NCBI GenBank assembly: GCA_040768745.1
Contig: JAXGMI010000001.1
Coordinates: forward strand, 1,472,001-1,536,000
Direction of reading: 5' to 3'
Source: Desulfomicrobium sp.
Lineage (GTDB): Bacteria > Desulfobacterota > Desulfovibrionia > Desulfovibrionales > Desulfomicrobiaceae
DNA: 64,000 nucleotides
Below are positions 50,291 to 61,593 of the stretch, in pieces. The position numbers were made by a program, and so were the translations under genes. A model generated the notes under the pieces. It searched no databases, was not told where the DNA came from, and was given only the letters and a program-made list of their open reading frames with translations. The first letter of the stretch is position 1. Each line of letters begins with the position of its first letter.

Positions 50291-52093
50291 GTGCGTGTAT
50301 CCCTTCGCAGTCAATACAGCAGTTTTCTTTATAACCTGGAGAACACCCAATCCAGGTTGATGGAACTGAACACACAGGCCTCCAGCCAGAAGCGCATCAA
50401 CCAGCCTTCGGATGACGCCATCGGTGCGGCCAGGATTTTGAACTACCGCAGTTCCCTTTCAGCCATCACCCAATACCAGGCCAATATCGACACGGCGTCA
50501 GGCTGGCTGGGCTTGGCCGATGAATCCATGACCCAGGTCAGCACCATTCTGAGCAAATTGAAGGCGTTGGCCGAACAGGGGTCCACCGGCACCATGACCG
50601 CTCCGGACCGGCAGGCCATTGCCCATGAAGCGCGCCAGCTTTTCAGCCAGCTGGTGAATCTGGCCAATACCACCTACGAGGGGTCGTCCATTTTCGCAGG
50701 CCACAAGTTCGATGCCAACGCCTATGCCGAGGCCCTCATGGTCTACGACCAGGATGGGAACGCCCTGGGCACGGCCACTGGCTCGTCCACCCGCAGCATC
50801 ATGGTGCAGTTTCTGGGAGATCAGGGGGCCACCGCGGCGGTGGGTGGCCAGGACATCGACTACCGCTACAGCAAGGATGGAGGTGCGACCTGGACTACCC
50901 AAACCCTGGGTTCAGTCGGACCATTCGCACTTGATCTGGGCGGGGTCAGCGTTGCGCTGCAGGAGGGATATGAGGTGGCGCTGAGTCCGGCATCCAATAC
51001 GAAAATCTCAAGCGGCTCCTGGCTGACCATCGCGCCAACGGCCATGTACATGGGCGATCACGAGTCCCAGTCCGCCGTGACGTACCAGGGCGGAAACCCC
51101 GTCGTCACGGCGGTGCCGGTCGGCGGCTTTTCCAGAAGTGTCGAAGTGCAGGTTGTGGGCGGATCCATCGGCGGGAACATCGCCTATCAGTATCGGCTTG
51201 CAGGGTCTTCGGTTTGGGCCCCCCCCACTCCTGTGGAAGTGAATACAGGCGTGGAAGAGGGGAGGCTGGAAACTCCGTATGGCGCAGTGCGGCTGGCAGG
51301 TCCGCCCGGTCAGGGCGTCACGGGGCTGGTCCTGACTGTGCACGCGGATCTTACCGGCGTGATTCAGCTCGGGGCTTCCATCAACGCTGTGGGCAAGGGG
51401 GTATTTCCGGGCGACGTCATGGTTCGCATCGACAGCGCGGCAACCATTGGCTCAGGAACGGCAATCAGCTATTCCTACAGCACCGACAGAGGGTTGAGCT
51501 GGTCCGCAGGGCATTCGGCTGAAAATGCCGGCCCAGACGAGGCCCTACTGCTGGTGCCCGGCGGGAGGCTCATGCTCACGGAACGGGATGGAAACGGCCT
51601 CCTGGCTGAAAATGCCCAGTTTGTCATCCACCCCCAGACCGCCAGGCACAACCTGGAGATTTCCGCTGGCCAGTATGTGCAGATCAACAACATCGGGTCA
51701 GAAATTTTTGGCGGCTATTACGAGAATGGGGCCGAACCCGTATTCGCCGATTCCGATGTGGCCAGGAATATTTTCGTCAGCGTGGGCAAGCTGGTCGCGG
51801 CCCTGGAAAACAACGATCAGCAGGGATGCGCCGCTGGCCTCGAAAATTTGAAGGTCTCCCAGGAGTACTTTTCCACCCAACTCGCTTCGGTTGGCGCACG
51901 GGAGAACCGGCTTGATGTAGCGGGCGCCGTACTGGCCGGGCTGAAGCTGAACCAGGAAGAACGCATGAGTGCCATCGAAGACGTGGATTTGGCCTCGCTT
52001 TTGACGGATCTCTCCAATCAGCAGCTTGCGTATCAGACAGTGCTCAAATCTTCGTCAATGATCATGCGGATGAGCCTGGTCGACTACCTCTAG
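50291..52093 (+). CDS. flgL: Flagellar hook-associated protein 3
   Basis: SSQKRINQPSDD, IEDVDLA, YQTVL..MSLVDYL. Confidence 0.94.
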   Translation: MRVSLRSQYSSFLYNLENTQSRLMELNTQASSQKRINQPSDDAIGAARILNYRSSLSAITQYQANIDTASGWLGLADESMTQVSTILSKLKALAEQGSTGTMTAPDRQAIAHEARQLFSQLVNLANTTYEGSSIFAGHKFDANAYAEALMVYDQDGNALGTATGSSTRSIMVQFLGDQGATAAVGGQDIDYRYSKDGGATWTTQTLGSVGPFALDLGGVSVALQEGYEVALSPASNTKISSGSWLTIAPTAMYMGDHESQSAVTYQGGNPVVTAVPVGGFSRSVEVQVVGGSIGGNIAYQYRLAGSSVWAPPTPVEVNTGVEEGRLETPYGAVRLAGPPGQGVTGLVLTVHADLTGVIQLGASINAVGKGVFPGDVMVRIDSAATIGSGTAISYSYSTDRGLSWSAGHSAENAGPDEALLLVPGGRLMLTERDGNGLLAENAQFVIHPQTARHNLEISAGQYVQINNIGSEIFGGYYENGAEPVFADSDVARNIFVSVGKLVAALENNDQQGCAAGLENLKVSQEYFSTQLASVGARENRLDVAGAVLAGLKLNQEERMSAIEDVDLASLLTDLSNQQLAYQTVLKSSSMIMRMSLVDYL

Positions 52094-52102
52094 GAAGGAT
52101 GT

Positions 52103-52342
52103 ATGCTGATTCTGTCCCGTCGCCCAGGGCAAAGCGTGCATGTGGGCGATGACATCAAGATTACGATCCTCAGCGTCAACGGCCAGCACATCAAGATCGG
52201 TCTCGAGGTGCCTGAGCATACGCCCGTGTACAGGGAAGAGATTTACATCAAGGTCCGGTCCCAGAACACTTCGGCTCTGGAACACGACAACAACGACCTC
52301 ATGGCGGCGGCGACACTATGGGCAAGAACAGTACAACGCTAG
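52103..52342 (+). CDS. csrA: Carbon storage regulator CsrA
   Basis: MLILSRRPGQSV.VGDDI, KIGLEVP..PVYREEIY. Confidence 0.96.
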   Translation: MLILSRRPGQSVHVGDDIKITILSVNGQHIKIGLEVPEHTPVYREEIYIKVRSQNTSALEHDNNDLMAAATLWARTVQR

Positions 52343-52788
52343 ATTCCCGCATCGGTCCGCTGGAAGTCTCCCCGGACCGAACAATTTTTTTCCCCCGCGG
52401 ACTGATCGGATTCGAGACGTTGCGGGAATTCGCGCTGGTGGAGTTCAAGCCCGGTTCGCCCTTTCATTTCCTGCAGAGCCTGGAGACTGCGGCCATGGGC
52501 ATGATGCTGGCGGACCCCCTCTCCTTTTTGCCAGGATACGAGATCAGGCTGGCCGAGGCCGAGGAGCGCATTCTCAAGGCGAGAGCCATGCGCGACCTGG
52601 TCGTCCTGGTCAGTGTGACCGTGCCGAAGGGAAATCCCGGGGAAACGACCCTCAACCTGAGCGGACCCATCTGCATCAATGTCCGGGAACGCCTGGGCCT
52701 GCAGTCTCCACAGATGGACCTGGGCTTCCCTTCCCGCATCCTGCTCAAGGACCTGGGCGGTCCTGACCAGCGGCTGGTCAACGCATGA
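52318..52788 (+). CDS. fliW: Flagellar assembly factor FliW
   Basis: FPRGLIGFE, FHFLQS, DP.SF..Y, TLNLSGPI.IN. Confidence 0.93.
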   Translation: MGKNSTTLDSRIGPLEVSPDRTIFFPRGLIGFETLREFALVEFKPGSPFHFLQSLETAAMGMMLADPLSFLPGYEIRLAEAEERILKARAMRDLVVLVSVTVPKGNPGETTLNLSGPICINVRERLGLQSPQMDLGFPSRILLKDLGGPDQRLVNA

Positions 52789-52818
52789 AAAAAGCCTGGC
52801 CGGTGAGGCCAGGCTTTC
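52788..52818. terminator. Bidirectional terminator between fliW and flgM
   Basis: AAAAAAGCCTGGCC-GGTGA-GGCCAGGCTTT. Confidence 0.8.
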
Positions 52819-52849
52819 GATCCTTCAGGCAGTTACACGCATCCGGGGT

Positions 52850-53152
52850 TCACCCCCACAGGTCGAGTTCCTGTTTGACCAGGCTGGCGGCGATATCCCG
52901 GCTGTCGATCTTGTATTGGCCAGCGGCGATCCTGGCCTTGGCCTCGGCCACCACATCCGGCCGCACCCCATCGCTTTCCTGGGCGGCCTTCAGTGTGCCG
53001 GCCTTGATCCGGGCCTCGTCGGATATGGATACGCGGTCGGACGAGGCGTCCTGCTGCGCGGGGACCTGCTGGGTCTCCTGACGCTGCTGTTCCGCTTGTT
53101 CCAGTCGATGCGATTCGTATCCGACACGAGTTGTGATGGTGTTGATGGTCAT
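52850..53152 (-). CDS. flgM: Anti-sigma28 factor FlgM
   Basis: DRVSISDEAR, VRPDVVAEAKARIAAGQYKIDSRDIA. Confidence 0.9.
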   Translation of the reverse strand: MTINTITTRVGYESHRLEQAEQQRQETQQVPAQQDASSDRVSISDEARIKAGTLKAAQESDGVRPDVVAEAKARIAAGQYKIDSRDIAASLVKQELDLWG

Positions 53153-53222
53153 GGTCCGCTCCTGCCGGGTACACACCGGCCTTGCTGGCTTTCAGGTGGC
53201 GTATGTCGTCCCCGGAAAGCCC

Positions 53223-53639
53223 CTACAGCATTGTCTCGTCAACCCGGGTTACGGCGACTTCCCACAGACGCTGCATGAAAGCATCCTTTTGTCCGTTGGT
53301 CAATTCCGCAACGCCAATGTCTGTTCTTTTGAGGATCTGCAGCCCGTTTCCGTCCGAAGGGTATCTGAAAACGAGGTCATTTCCAAATTCCCTGGCAAGC
53401 TGCCTCTTGATATCCTGCACCACCGGATTGGAACTCTCGGAACCGATAAGGTTGTCCACGATTTCCCTGGCCACTTTTTCCACGAGCTGGCGCCGTTTGG
53501 CCTCCCTGGAAATGGATACGGAGTCTCCCATTCCGGCGCGGTCCATGTATTTCTTGAACCTGGCGATCCGCCTGCCGGTCTCCTGCTGCTGGTCATAGGT
53601 CCGCATCACGTTTTTGACAAGAAATGGGCTCACTGTCAC
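53223..53639 (-). CDS. FlgM-associated conserved protein (DVU0524-like)
   Basis: NVMRTYDQQ, DSVSISREAKRRQLVEKVAREI, LWEVAVTRVDETML; upstream of flgM. Confidence 0.75.
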   Translation of the reverse strand: MTVSPFLVKNVMRTYDQQQETGRRIARFKKYMDRAGMGDSVSISREAKRRQLVEKVAREIVDNLIGSESSNPVVQDIKRQLAREFGNDLVFRYPSDGNGLQILKRTDIGVAELTNGQKDAFMQRLWEVAVTRVDETML

Positions 53640-53661
53640 GGTTCATACCTCTCACAACGCC

Positions 53662-53688
53662 TTATCGGACAGGCGGAAAAAAACTTTA
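53662..53688 (-). promoter_or_regulatory. sigma28 promoter of the DVU0524-like/flgM operon
   Basis: Minus strand TAAA-N15-TCCGATAA. Confidence 0.8.
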
Positions 53689-53811
53689 GGTTTTTTTCAG
53701 GGTACGCGAAGGAGACTGTCCGGAGCGGGGGAACAGGGAGAGATTCCTCTGCGGTCTGCAGAGGCCGGGCTGTTCTTGAACACCCCTGTGCTTTTGCGTA
53801 GAGTCCGCCGC

Positions 53812-54660
53812 ATGGGAAAAATCATCTCCAATATCGTCCTCGCCTACAACGATGGCAACAAACTCGCCGGGAATATGGCCGGGCAGATCAGGGAGTGGCT
53901 GATCGTCGAGGGCCGGTCGGTCCGCATCGTCGAATCCACCAAGGAAAAGGTGCACTGCGTCTCGACCTGGGAGGATGTGGACATGATCCTGACCCTGGGA
54001 GGAGACGGGACGCTGTTGAGCATCGCCCGGGCCGTCCTGGATCTGGACATACCCATTCTGGGCCTCAACCTGGGCAAGGTCGGGTTCCTGACAGAGCTAT
54101 CCCCCACGGACTGGCGGGAATCCCTGACATCAATCCTGCGCGGGGAATACGACATGTCCCTGCGTCTGGTCATCAGCTTCAGCGTCATCCGGCGCGGGCA
54201 GGAACATTTCCGAGGCTATGCGGTCAACGATCTGGTCATTAGCTGCGGCAGCCTGGCCCGCATGATACGCCTGGACATGTGGTATGGGAACGATCACCTG
54301 GGCACGGTGCGTGCCGACGGGATGATCGTGGCCACGCCCACAGGGTCCTCGGGATACTCCATTTCCGCAGGCGGTCCCCTGGTCTATCCGGAACTCGACG
54401 TCTTTGCCCTGACACCTATCTGCCCCTTCCTGCACGCTTTCCGGCCCATGATCCTGCCTTTTGAAAACGATCTGCGCGTGCTGGTGCGGGAGGCGGTCTC
54501 CGACGTGTATTTGACCCAGGACGGCCAGACCGGAGTGGTTCTCGTGCCGGGGGACAATGTCTTTGCCTCCAGGGCGGAAAAACGGCTGCACCTCATCCGC
54601 CCCGTGCATTCCCAGTACGCGCACAAACTCAAGTCCAAGGGATTCATCCGGGAGAGCTGA
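53812..54660 (+). CDS. nadK: NAD(+)/NADH kinase
   Basis: LGGDGTLL, GLNLGKVGFL, VND, DGMIVATPTGSSGYSISAGGP. Confidence 0.95.
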   Translation: MGKIISNIVLAYNDGNKLAGNMAGQIREWLIVEGRSVRIVESTKEKVHCVSTWEDVDMILTLGGDGTLLSIARAVLDLDIPILGLNLGKVGFLTELSPTDWRESLTSILRGEYDMSLRLVISFSVIRRGQEHFRGYAVNDLVISCGSLARMIRLDMWYGNDHLGTVRADGMIVATPTGSSGYSISAGGPLVYPELDVFALTPICPFLHAFRPMILPFENDLRVLVREAVSDVYLTQDGQTGVVLVPGDNVFASRAEKRLHLIRPVHSQYAHKLKSKGFIRES

Positions 54661-56429
54661 TGCCCAAACTGCCCGACTTCTCCACGGTTCGCGAGCTGAG
54701 GTACGGCCGCGACCCCTATCTCGACGCATGGCTGCTGCATTTCATGACCGAGAACAACATCGAGCCCAACGTCAATCCGGGGGAGAATGCGCAGCTGGAG
54801 CAGCTTCGTTTCATGGTGGACCTGGAAGATGACCAGGTCTTCGTGCCCTGTTCGGACGAGATGTTCGAGAACCTGCTGCATACCCGCCTGTCCACGGCCC
54901 TGCGCCTCGAATACCGGGAGAAGTGGCGCATGCTCGTGCATCTGGCCAAGACAAATATCAAGGACCGCTATACACGGCGCAAGATTTTCGCCCTGTCCCG
55001 GCACAAGGTCAGGCAGGTTCTGCATGCCCCGTTTCTGATCCCCTCCCGCTTTCTGAAACAGCTCCTGACCATTTTCATGGCCATGAGCGGGGTGCACGAC
55101 CCGCAGCGCAATGAGAAACGCCAGGCCAACAAGCGGGCCCTGGAGTTCATGGACAGCGCGGCCATGAACAACTGTCTCTACTCCTGTCCCGATTCGACCC
55201 TGGGATGCACATCCATACAGCACCTGCGCTGGAAGCTTGACGTGCTTGAGCTGGCCCGTCTGTGTCGGCTGTCTCTGCGCCCGTCCATCTGGCAGGGCTC
55301 GGTCAAGGCCAGGGACAACACGGCCCTCATTGCAGACGTGGGAACCCCCTGGCCGGAATTTGCCGAGATCCTGACCCGGATCATGGGGCCGGAATCGGGT
55401 CAGAAGTCCCTCAAGATTCTGTTTTTGGCCGGCAGCAGCGGTGAGATCATCTTCGATCTCCGTTTCATCCGCGTGCTGATCCGCCTGGGGCACAAGGTCA
55501 TCCTGGTATTCAAGGAAGGCTTCAGCCTGGACAATCCGGTCTTCTGGGACGTGGAGTACGACCCGGCCCTGGCCAGCGCCCTGGGTGAGGCCTTCTTCGT
55601 GGAAAACAGCCGCATGTCCAAGAACGAACTGCTGCGGGCCTTGCGGGAGAATGCGCTGCTGGTGATATCCGACGGGACGCGCGAGCGCCTCAATTTGTGG
55701 AGGACCAGCGTGACATTCGCGCGCTCCTGGAAGGAGGCGGATCTGATCATCGCCAAGGGGTATCCGAATCATCGCCGCCTGATCCAGAATTCCCATCTCT
55801 TTACCCGGGACATTCTCTGCCTGTACCAGGATGGGCTTGGTGCGGACCAGGTCTGCTTCAAGGAGAAATCGCAGCGCGTCAGAAAGATCACCGAGTTTCA
55901 GGTCGTGGCCCAGGCCGATGCCATCATCGCCCGTATGCGCACGGCGAGGGGCAAAGGCAAGCAGGTCATGTTCTACAGCGCCATTATCGGCAGCATTCCG
56001 GGCCAGGTGAAGGTGGCCGTGAAAGTGGTCAACACCTTTGTGGGCAACCTGCGGGCCAAACACGCCAACCTGCTGATCATCAATCCGGCCGAGCATTTCG
56101 TGGAAGGGATGGACGGAGATGATCTGATGTACATGTGGGAGCGGGTCCAGCGCAGCGGCTTCATCGACGTGTGGAGGTTTCAGACAGTGGCCGACATCGA
56201 GGCCAGTTTCGAGCTGATGGGCGAGCCGGTTCCGGCGGAATGGCATGGCAAGGATGCCACGTTTTCCACCGGCTGCACCAAGGAAATGCACATCGCCCTG
56301 GACATGCAGCAGAAACACCCTGAGATGCAGATCATTGGTCCCGATCCCAAGCGCTTCTTCCGGCGCATGGAATACGGCGTGGGCAAGTATTTCGACGCCC
56401 GCATTCCAGACAAGGGACGGGCCTTGTGA
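54660..56429 (+). CDS. ARMT1/DUF89-like domain protein with long N- and C-terminal extensions
   Basis: LFLAGSSGEIIFD, VISDG, ADLIIAKGYPN resemble DUF89; TGATG coupling to nadK. Confidence 0.7.
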   Translation: MPKLPDFSTVRELRYGRDPYLDAWLLHFMTENNIEPNVNPGENAQLEQLRFMVDLEDDQVFVPCSDEMFENLLHTRLSTALRLEYREKWRMLVHLAKTNIKDRYTRRKIFALSRHKVRQVLHAPFLIPSRFLKQLLTIFMAMSGVHDPQRNEKRQANKRALEFMDSAAMNNCLYSCPDSTLGCTSIQHLRWKLDVLELARLCRLSLRPSIWQGSVKARDNTALIADVGTPWPEFAEILTRIMGPESGQKSLKILFLAGSSGEIIFDLRFIRVLIRLGHKVILVFKEGFSLDNPVFWDVEYDPALASALGEAFFVENSRMSKNELLRALRENALLVISDGTRERLNLWRTSVTFARSWKEADLIIAKGYPNHRRLIQNSHLFTRDILCLYQDGLGADQVCFKEKSQRVRKITEFQVVAQADAIIARMRTARGKGKQVMFYSAIIGSIPGQVKVAVKVVNTFVGNLRAKHANLLIINPAEHFVEGMDGDDLMYMWERVQRSGFIDVWRFQTVADIEASFELMGEPVPAEWHGKDATFSTGCTKEMHIALDMQQKHPEMQIIGPDPKRFFRRMEYGVGKYFDARIPDKGRAL

Positions 56430-57568
56430 GCAGGTGTGTCCCGGTCCTCCTGTTGGCGGTGCTTCTTTGCGCCTGCGCGGCGCCAACCAGGCAGCCTCTG
56501 CTGGTGGAAAGCGATCCTGGTCAGGAATTCCCGGTCCGGGTAGCCGCAGCTGTGGCGGGCAACGCCGAGGCCACTGCCAGGGCCGTGGCTTATTCCCTGG
56601 CATACGCACGAAACAGGCCCCAGGGGGAAAAGGCGCTTTCCTCGGCCGGGACGACGTGGACCTGGGGCGCTCTGGCGGCTTCCCTGGAACATCTGCAAGC
56701 CATCCTCCCCCGGCTTCAGACAGAGCCTGGCTTGCTGGCCCGCGACTTCATGTGGCAGGAGGTCTGCCCTGAGCCGCTCATGACCGGCTACTATGAGCCG
56801 GAACTGGAAGGAAGCCTGGAACCCCGTCCCGACTACCCTGTGCCCATCTACGGTCTCCCATCGTCGTTGCGCAGCGCTGACCTGGGCCGCTTTCATCCCC
56901 GCTGGTCTGGCCAGACCCTGACCTATCGCATGGAAGGAGCTGAGATTGCACCTTTTTTTACAAGGGAGGAGATCGATGGGCATGGGGCCTTGGAGGGGAT
57001 GGAACCCCCCATCGCCTGGACACACGACCCTGTGGACGTCTATTTTTTGCAGATTCAGGGCTCCGGCCGGCTGCTGCTGCCAGGGGGAACGGTTCGGCAT
57101 GTGCTGTATGCTGGCAAAAACGGCCACGAGTACGTTTCCCTGGGCAAGGTCATGATCGAGCGCGGTCTCATCCCCCGGGAAGAGATGTCCATGCAGCGCA
57201 TCAGGGCCTACCTCAAGGATCATCCCCGGGAGATGTGGGATCTGTTGTTCACGAATCCGAGTTATGTCTTTTTCCGTCTGGCCGATGCCGGCCCGCTGGG
57301 GGCCATGGGTCGGACATTGACGCCGATGGTCAGCATGGCTACTGATTCAGCCTTTCTGCCCCTGGGCAGCATCCTGGCCGTGGAGGCCGCCTTGCCGGAA
57401 CCTGACGGAACCCGGTCGAGGACGGCATTCCTGGGATTGGCCCAGGACCGGGGCGGGGCCATCAAGGGCAGCCGGCTGGACCTTTTCTGCGGAGCCGGAG
57501 CCAGGGCTGAATTTCTGGCCGGCCATCTGCAGGAGCGCAGCCGCGTGTACCTCCTGCTCAAAAAATAA
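56426..57568 (+). CDS. mltA: Membrane-bound lytic murein transglycosylase A (lipoprotein)
   Basis: LCAC lipobox, TGYYEP, FLQIQGSG, NPSYVFF, QDRGGAIKG.RLDLFCG. Confidence 0.93.
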   Translation: MSRCVPVLLLAVLLCACAAPTRQPLLVESDPGQEFPVRVAAAVAGNAEATARAVAYSLAYARNRPQGEKALSSAGTTWTWGALAASLEHLQAILPRLQTEPGLLARDFMWQEVCPEPLMTGYYEPELEGSLEPRPDYPVPIYGLPSSLRSADLGRFHPRWSGQTLTYRMEGAEIAPFFTREEIDGHGALEGMEPPIAWTHDPVDVYFLQIQGSGRLLLPGGTVRHVLYAGKNGHEYVSLGKVMIERGLIPREEMSMQRIRAYLKDHPREMWDLLFTNPSYVFFRLADAGPLGAMGRTLTPMVSMATDSAFLPLGSILAVEAALPEPDGTRSRTAFLGLAQDRGGAIKGSRLDLFCGAGARAEFLAGHLQERSRVYLLLKK

Positions 57569-57585
57569 AGGTTCGAGGCATCCAG

Positions 57586-58221
57586 ATGCACATTACTCCT
57601 GAAGCCCTGAAGGGCCTGCTGCACGCCGCATGCGCGGACCAGATGGAATGCGTTGTCCTGTGGCACAAGGTGGAGCCTGCGGTCCAGGCCGGGGAAGGTC
57701 TGGTCGCCCTGGTCCAGCGCCAGCACCTGCAGAATTTCCTGCTCTGGCATGTGGAGGATCGGGCCCGCCGCCGGGACGTGGACGACGCGGTCATCACCGC
57801 GTGCAAGCGCGAGATCGACATGCTGAATCAGCGTCGGAACGACCTCATGGAGCAGGTGGACGACTGGCTGGTGCAAGCCATCGCGGGGTTCCCCGCCCAG
57901 CAAGGTCTGTCCGGGACAATGCGGCGCTTCAACACCGAGACCTTGGGCGCGGCCCTGGACCGCATGTCCATCCTCAGTCTGAAGATCTATCACATGGTCG
58001 AGCAGGTTGACCGAAAGGATGTGGACGAGGGACACCGGTCCCGTTGCCAGGACAAGCTGGCCGTGCTCAGGGCCCAGCACCAGGATCTGGGCCGGGCCAT
58101 CCTGGATCTGGTCGACGACTACGCCGGGGGTGTGAAGAGCCCCAAGGTCTATTTCCAGTGCAAAATGTATAATGATCCGGCCCTCAATCCGGAGCTGTAC
58201 GCCGCCAAGCCCCTGGGCTGA
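57586..58221 (+). CDS. DUF4254 family protein
   Basis: [48 protein letters not shown]. Confidence 0.8.
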   Translation: MHITPEALKGLLHAACADQMECVVLWHKVEPAVQAGEGLVALVQRQHLQNFLLWHVEDRARRRDVDDAVITACKREIDMLNQRRNDLMEQVDDWLVQAIAGFPAQQGLSGTMRRFNTETLGAALDRMSILSLKIYHMVEQVDRKDVDEGHRSRCQDKLAVLRAQHQDLGRAILDLVDDYAGGVKSPKVYFQCKMYNDPALNPELYAAKPLG

Positions 58222-58237
58222 AGCGCGAGGAGAGCGC

Positions 58238-59668
<1,431 letters not shown>

Positions 59669-59786
59669 TGGGTTGGCGCATGAGGGGCTTCGCCCTTGTT
59701 TGCGGCCCGTCTGATGAACACGGGCGGGAGCGCGGGAGGCCATCTTTGCTGACGGACGTCGGTCCGGTCTGGAATCCAGCACAAGC

Positions 59787-59819
59787 ACACGGGCGGCCCA
59801 GCGGGTCGCCCGTGTTTTT
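59787..59819 (+). terminator. Terminator after gatB
   Basis: ACACGGGCGGCCC-AGC-GGGTCGCCCGTGT-TTTT. Confidence 0.75.
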
Positions 59820-59837
59820 GACTGGGTGGCCGGCTGT

Positions 59838-60944
59838 CTAGCTTTGCATCAGCTCCGCAGTCAGCCGGGCCGTTTTGATCAGGTCCGCAACGCGGATGAA
59901 TTCATCCGTCGTGTGGACCCTGCTCATGCCGATACCCAGGTTGATGCAGGACAGCCCGTGACCGGAGAATATGTTTGCATCGCTTCCCCCGCCCGTGCCC
60001 TTGACGGCGGCCACCAGGCCCAGGCGCTCGCAGGCATGCAGTGCCCGGCCCAGCAGCGCGCTCTCCTGAGGCACGTGCATGGCCGGGTAGGAGATGTCAA
60101 AGCTGAAATCGCAGCTGCCCCCGAATTCCCTGGCCGCGTCCATGCAGCAGCCACGCATGTGTCCGATCTGATTCATGAGCGTCGTTTCCGACTGGGAACG
60201 GGCTTCTCCGGTCAAGGTGGCAGAGTCGGGGACGATGTTGGTCGGCCCCCCGCCCTCGATGCGGCCCAGGTTGGCCACGGTCTCCTCGTCGATGCGCAGG
60301 AGCCGCATGCGACTGATGGCCGCGGCCGCCATCTGGATGGCGCTGATCCCTTTTTCCGGCTCTATGCCGGCATGGGCTGCACGGCCATGGAAGGCCACCT
60401 TCAGGCCGGCCTTGGCCGGGGCCCGGACGATGATGGTGCCCACGTCGCCGCAGGCGTCCAGGACCACGACCTCGCGGGCCAAAATCCTGGAGAAGTCCAG
60501 ACCCTTGGCCCCGAACATGCCCGCCTCCTCGCACACGGTGAAGAGCAGGTAGAGATCCGGATGGGGGATTCTTTCTTCCTCCAGATGAAACAGGGCCTCC
60601 AGGATGGCGCTGATCCCGGCCTTGTCGTCCCCGCCCAGCACCGTGTTGCCGGAGCTGCGAAGAATGCCGTTGTCAAGGACAGGCGTTACGCCCAGGCACG
60701 GGGGCACGCAGTCCATGTGGGCGGAAAAGGCCATGGGATCTCCGGGGCCAGTGGCCGGAACACGGACGATGACGTTTCCTGTGTCCCCACCGGTGGAGAG
60801 GTTGGCATCGTCGATACGGATATCGTATCCCCGACCGGAGAGCCGTGCCTTGAGGTGGTCCGCCACGCCCTTTTCGCCCAGCGAAGGGCTGTCGATACGG
60901 ACCAGGTCAAGGAACACGCTGGTGAGGCGATGGGGGTCAATCAT
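59838..60944 (-). CDS. M20 family metallopeptidase (peptidase T-like)
   Basis: SAHMD, LGGDDKAG, CEEAG, GGGSDAN, VHTTDE. Confidence 0.9.
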   Translation of the reverse strand: MIDPHRLTSVFLDLVRIDSPSLGEKGVADHLKARLSGRGYDIRIDDANLSTGGDTGNVIVRVPATGPGDPMAFSAHMDCVPPCLGVTPVLDNGILRSSGNTVLGGDDKAGISAILEALFHLEEERIPHPDLYLLFTVCEEAGMFGAKGLDFSRILAREVVVLDACGDVGTIIVRAPAKAGLKVAFHGRAAHAGIEPEKGISAIQMAAAAISRMRLLRIDEETVANLGRIEGGGPTNIVPDSATLTGEARSQSETTLMNQIGHMRGCCMDAAREFGGSCDFSFDISYPAMHVPQESALLGRALHACERLGLVAAVKGTGGGSDANIFSGHGLSCINLGIGMSRVHTTDEFIRVADLIKTARLTAELMQS

Positions 60945-61048
60945 GGTTGCTCGGTGTCCTCTTTGGATGGCAGTCCGCAATACCATTGCTTTTTCAATGA
61001 GCAAGGTCAACAAGACCGGGTGGAGTTATGAAGGGAGAAACGAGGGAC

Positions 61049-61435
61049 ATGGAAACACACAGCAAGTTCATGGGCTATCTGCTGTGGATCTTCGGCTTTA
61101 CCGGATCGCATCGCTTCTATTACGGGCGACCCGTCTCCGGGACCGTCTATTTTCTCACCCTTGGGGTCCTTTTCATCGGCTGGATCGTCGATCTTTTTTT
61201 GATTCCCTCCATGGACCGCAAGGCCAGCCTGCGCTTTCGTCCGGGCAGGATCGACTACTCCCTGGCCTGGGTCCTGCTGACCTTTTTGGGAATTTTTGGG
61301 GCGCACCGCATGTACATGGGCAAGTGGGTCACGGGGGTTCTTTATCTACTGACCGGGGGACTCTTCCTGGTCGGGTACATGTATGATTTTTGGACCCTGA
61401 ACAGGCAGATCACGGACATCAATGCCCAGAACTGA
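61049..61435 (+). CDS. TM2-domain membrane protein (two TM2 repeats)
   Basis: GFTGSHRFYYG and GIFGAHRMYMG. Confidence 0.88.
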   Translation: METHSKFMGYLLWIFGFTGSHRFYYGRPVSGTVYFLTLGVLFIGWIVDLFLIPSMDRKASLRFRPGRIDYSLAWVLLTFLGIFGAHRMYMGKWVTGVLYLLTGGLFLVGYMYDFWTLNRQITDINAQN

Positions 61436-61593
61436 GCCGACTGCCCGGATTGCCCATCGGGCAATGCGGCCCCTCTGATCTGAGGCGGTGTTCCGGTGGT
61501 TGTCCTGGAGATTTGTCGCGTTTCTTCTTGCCCTGTTCTCTCCCATGCTTATGAAAAGGAATGTACATACACACCGTTAGAATGGAGGTGACC

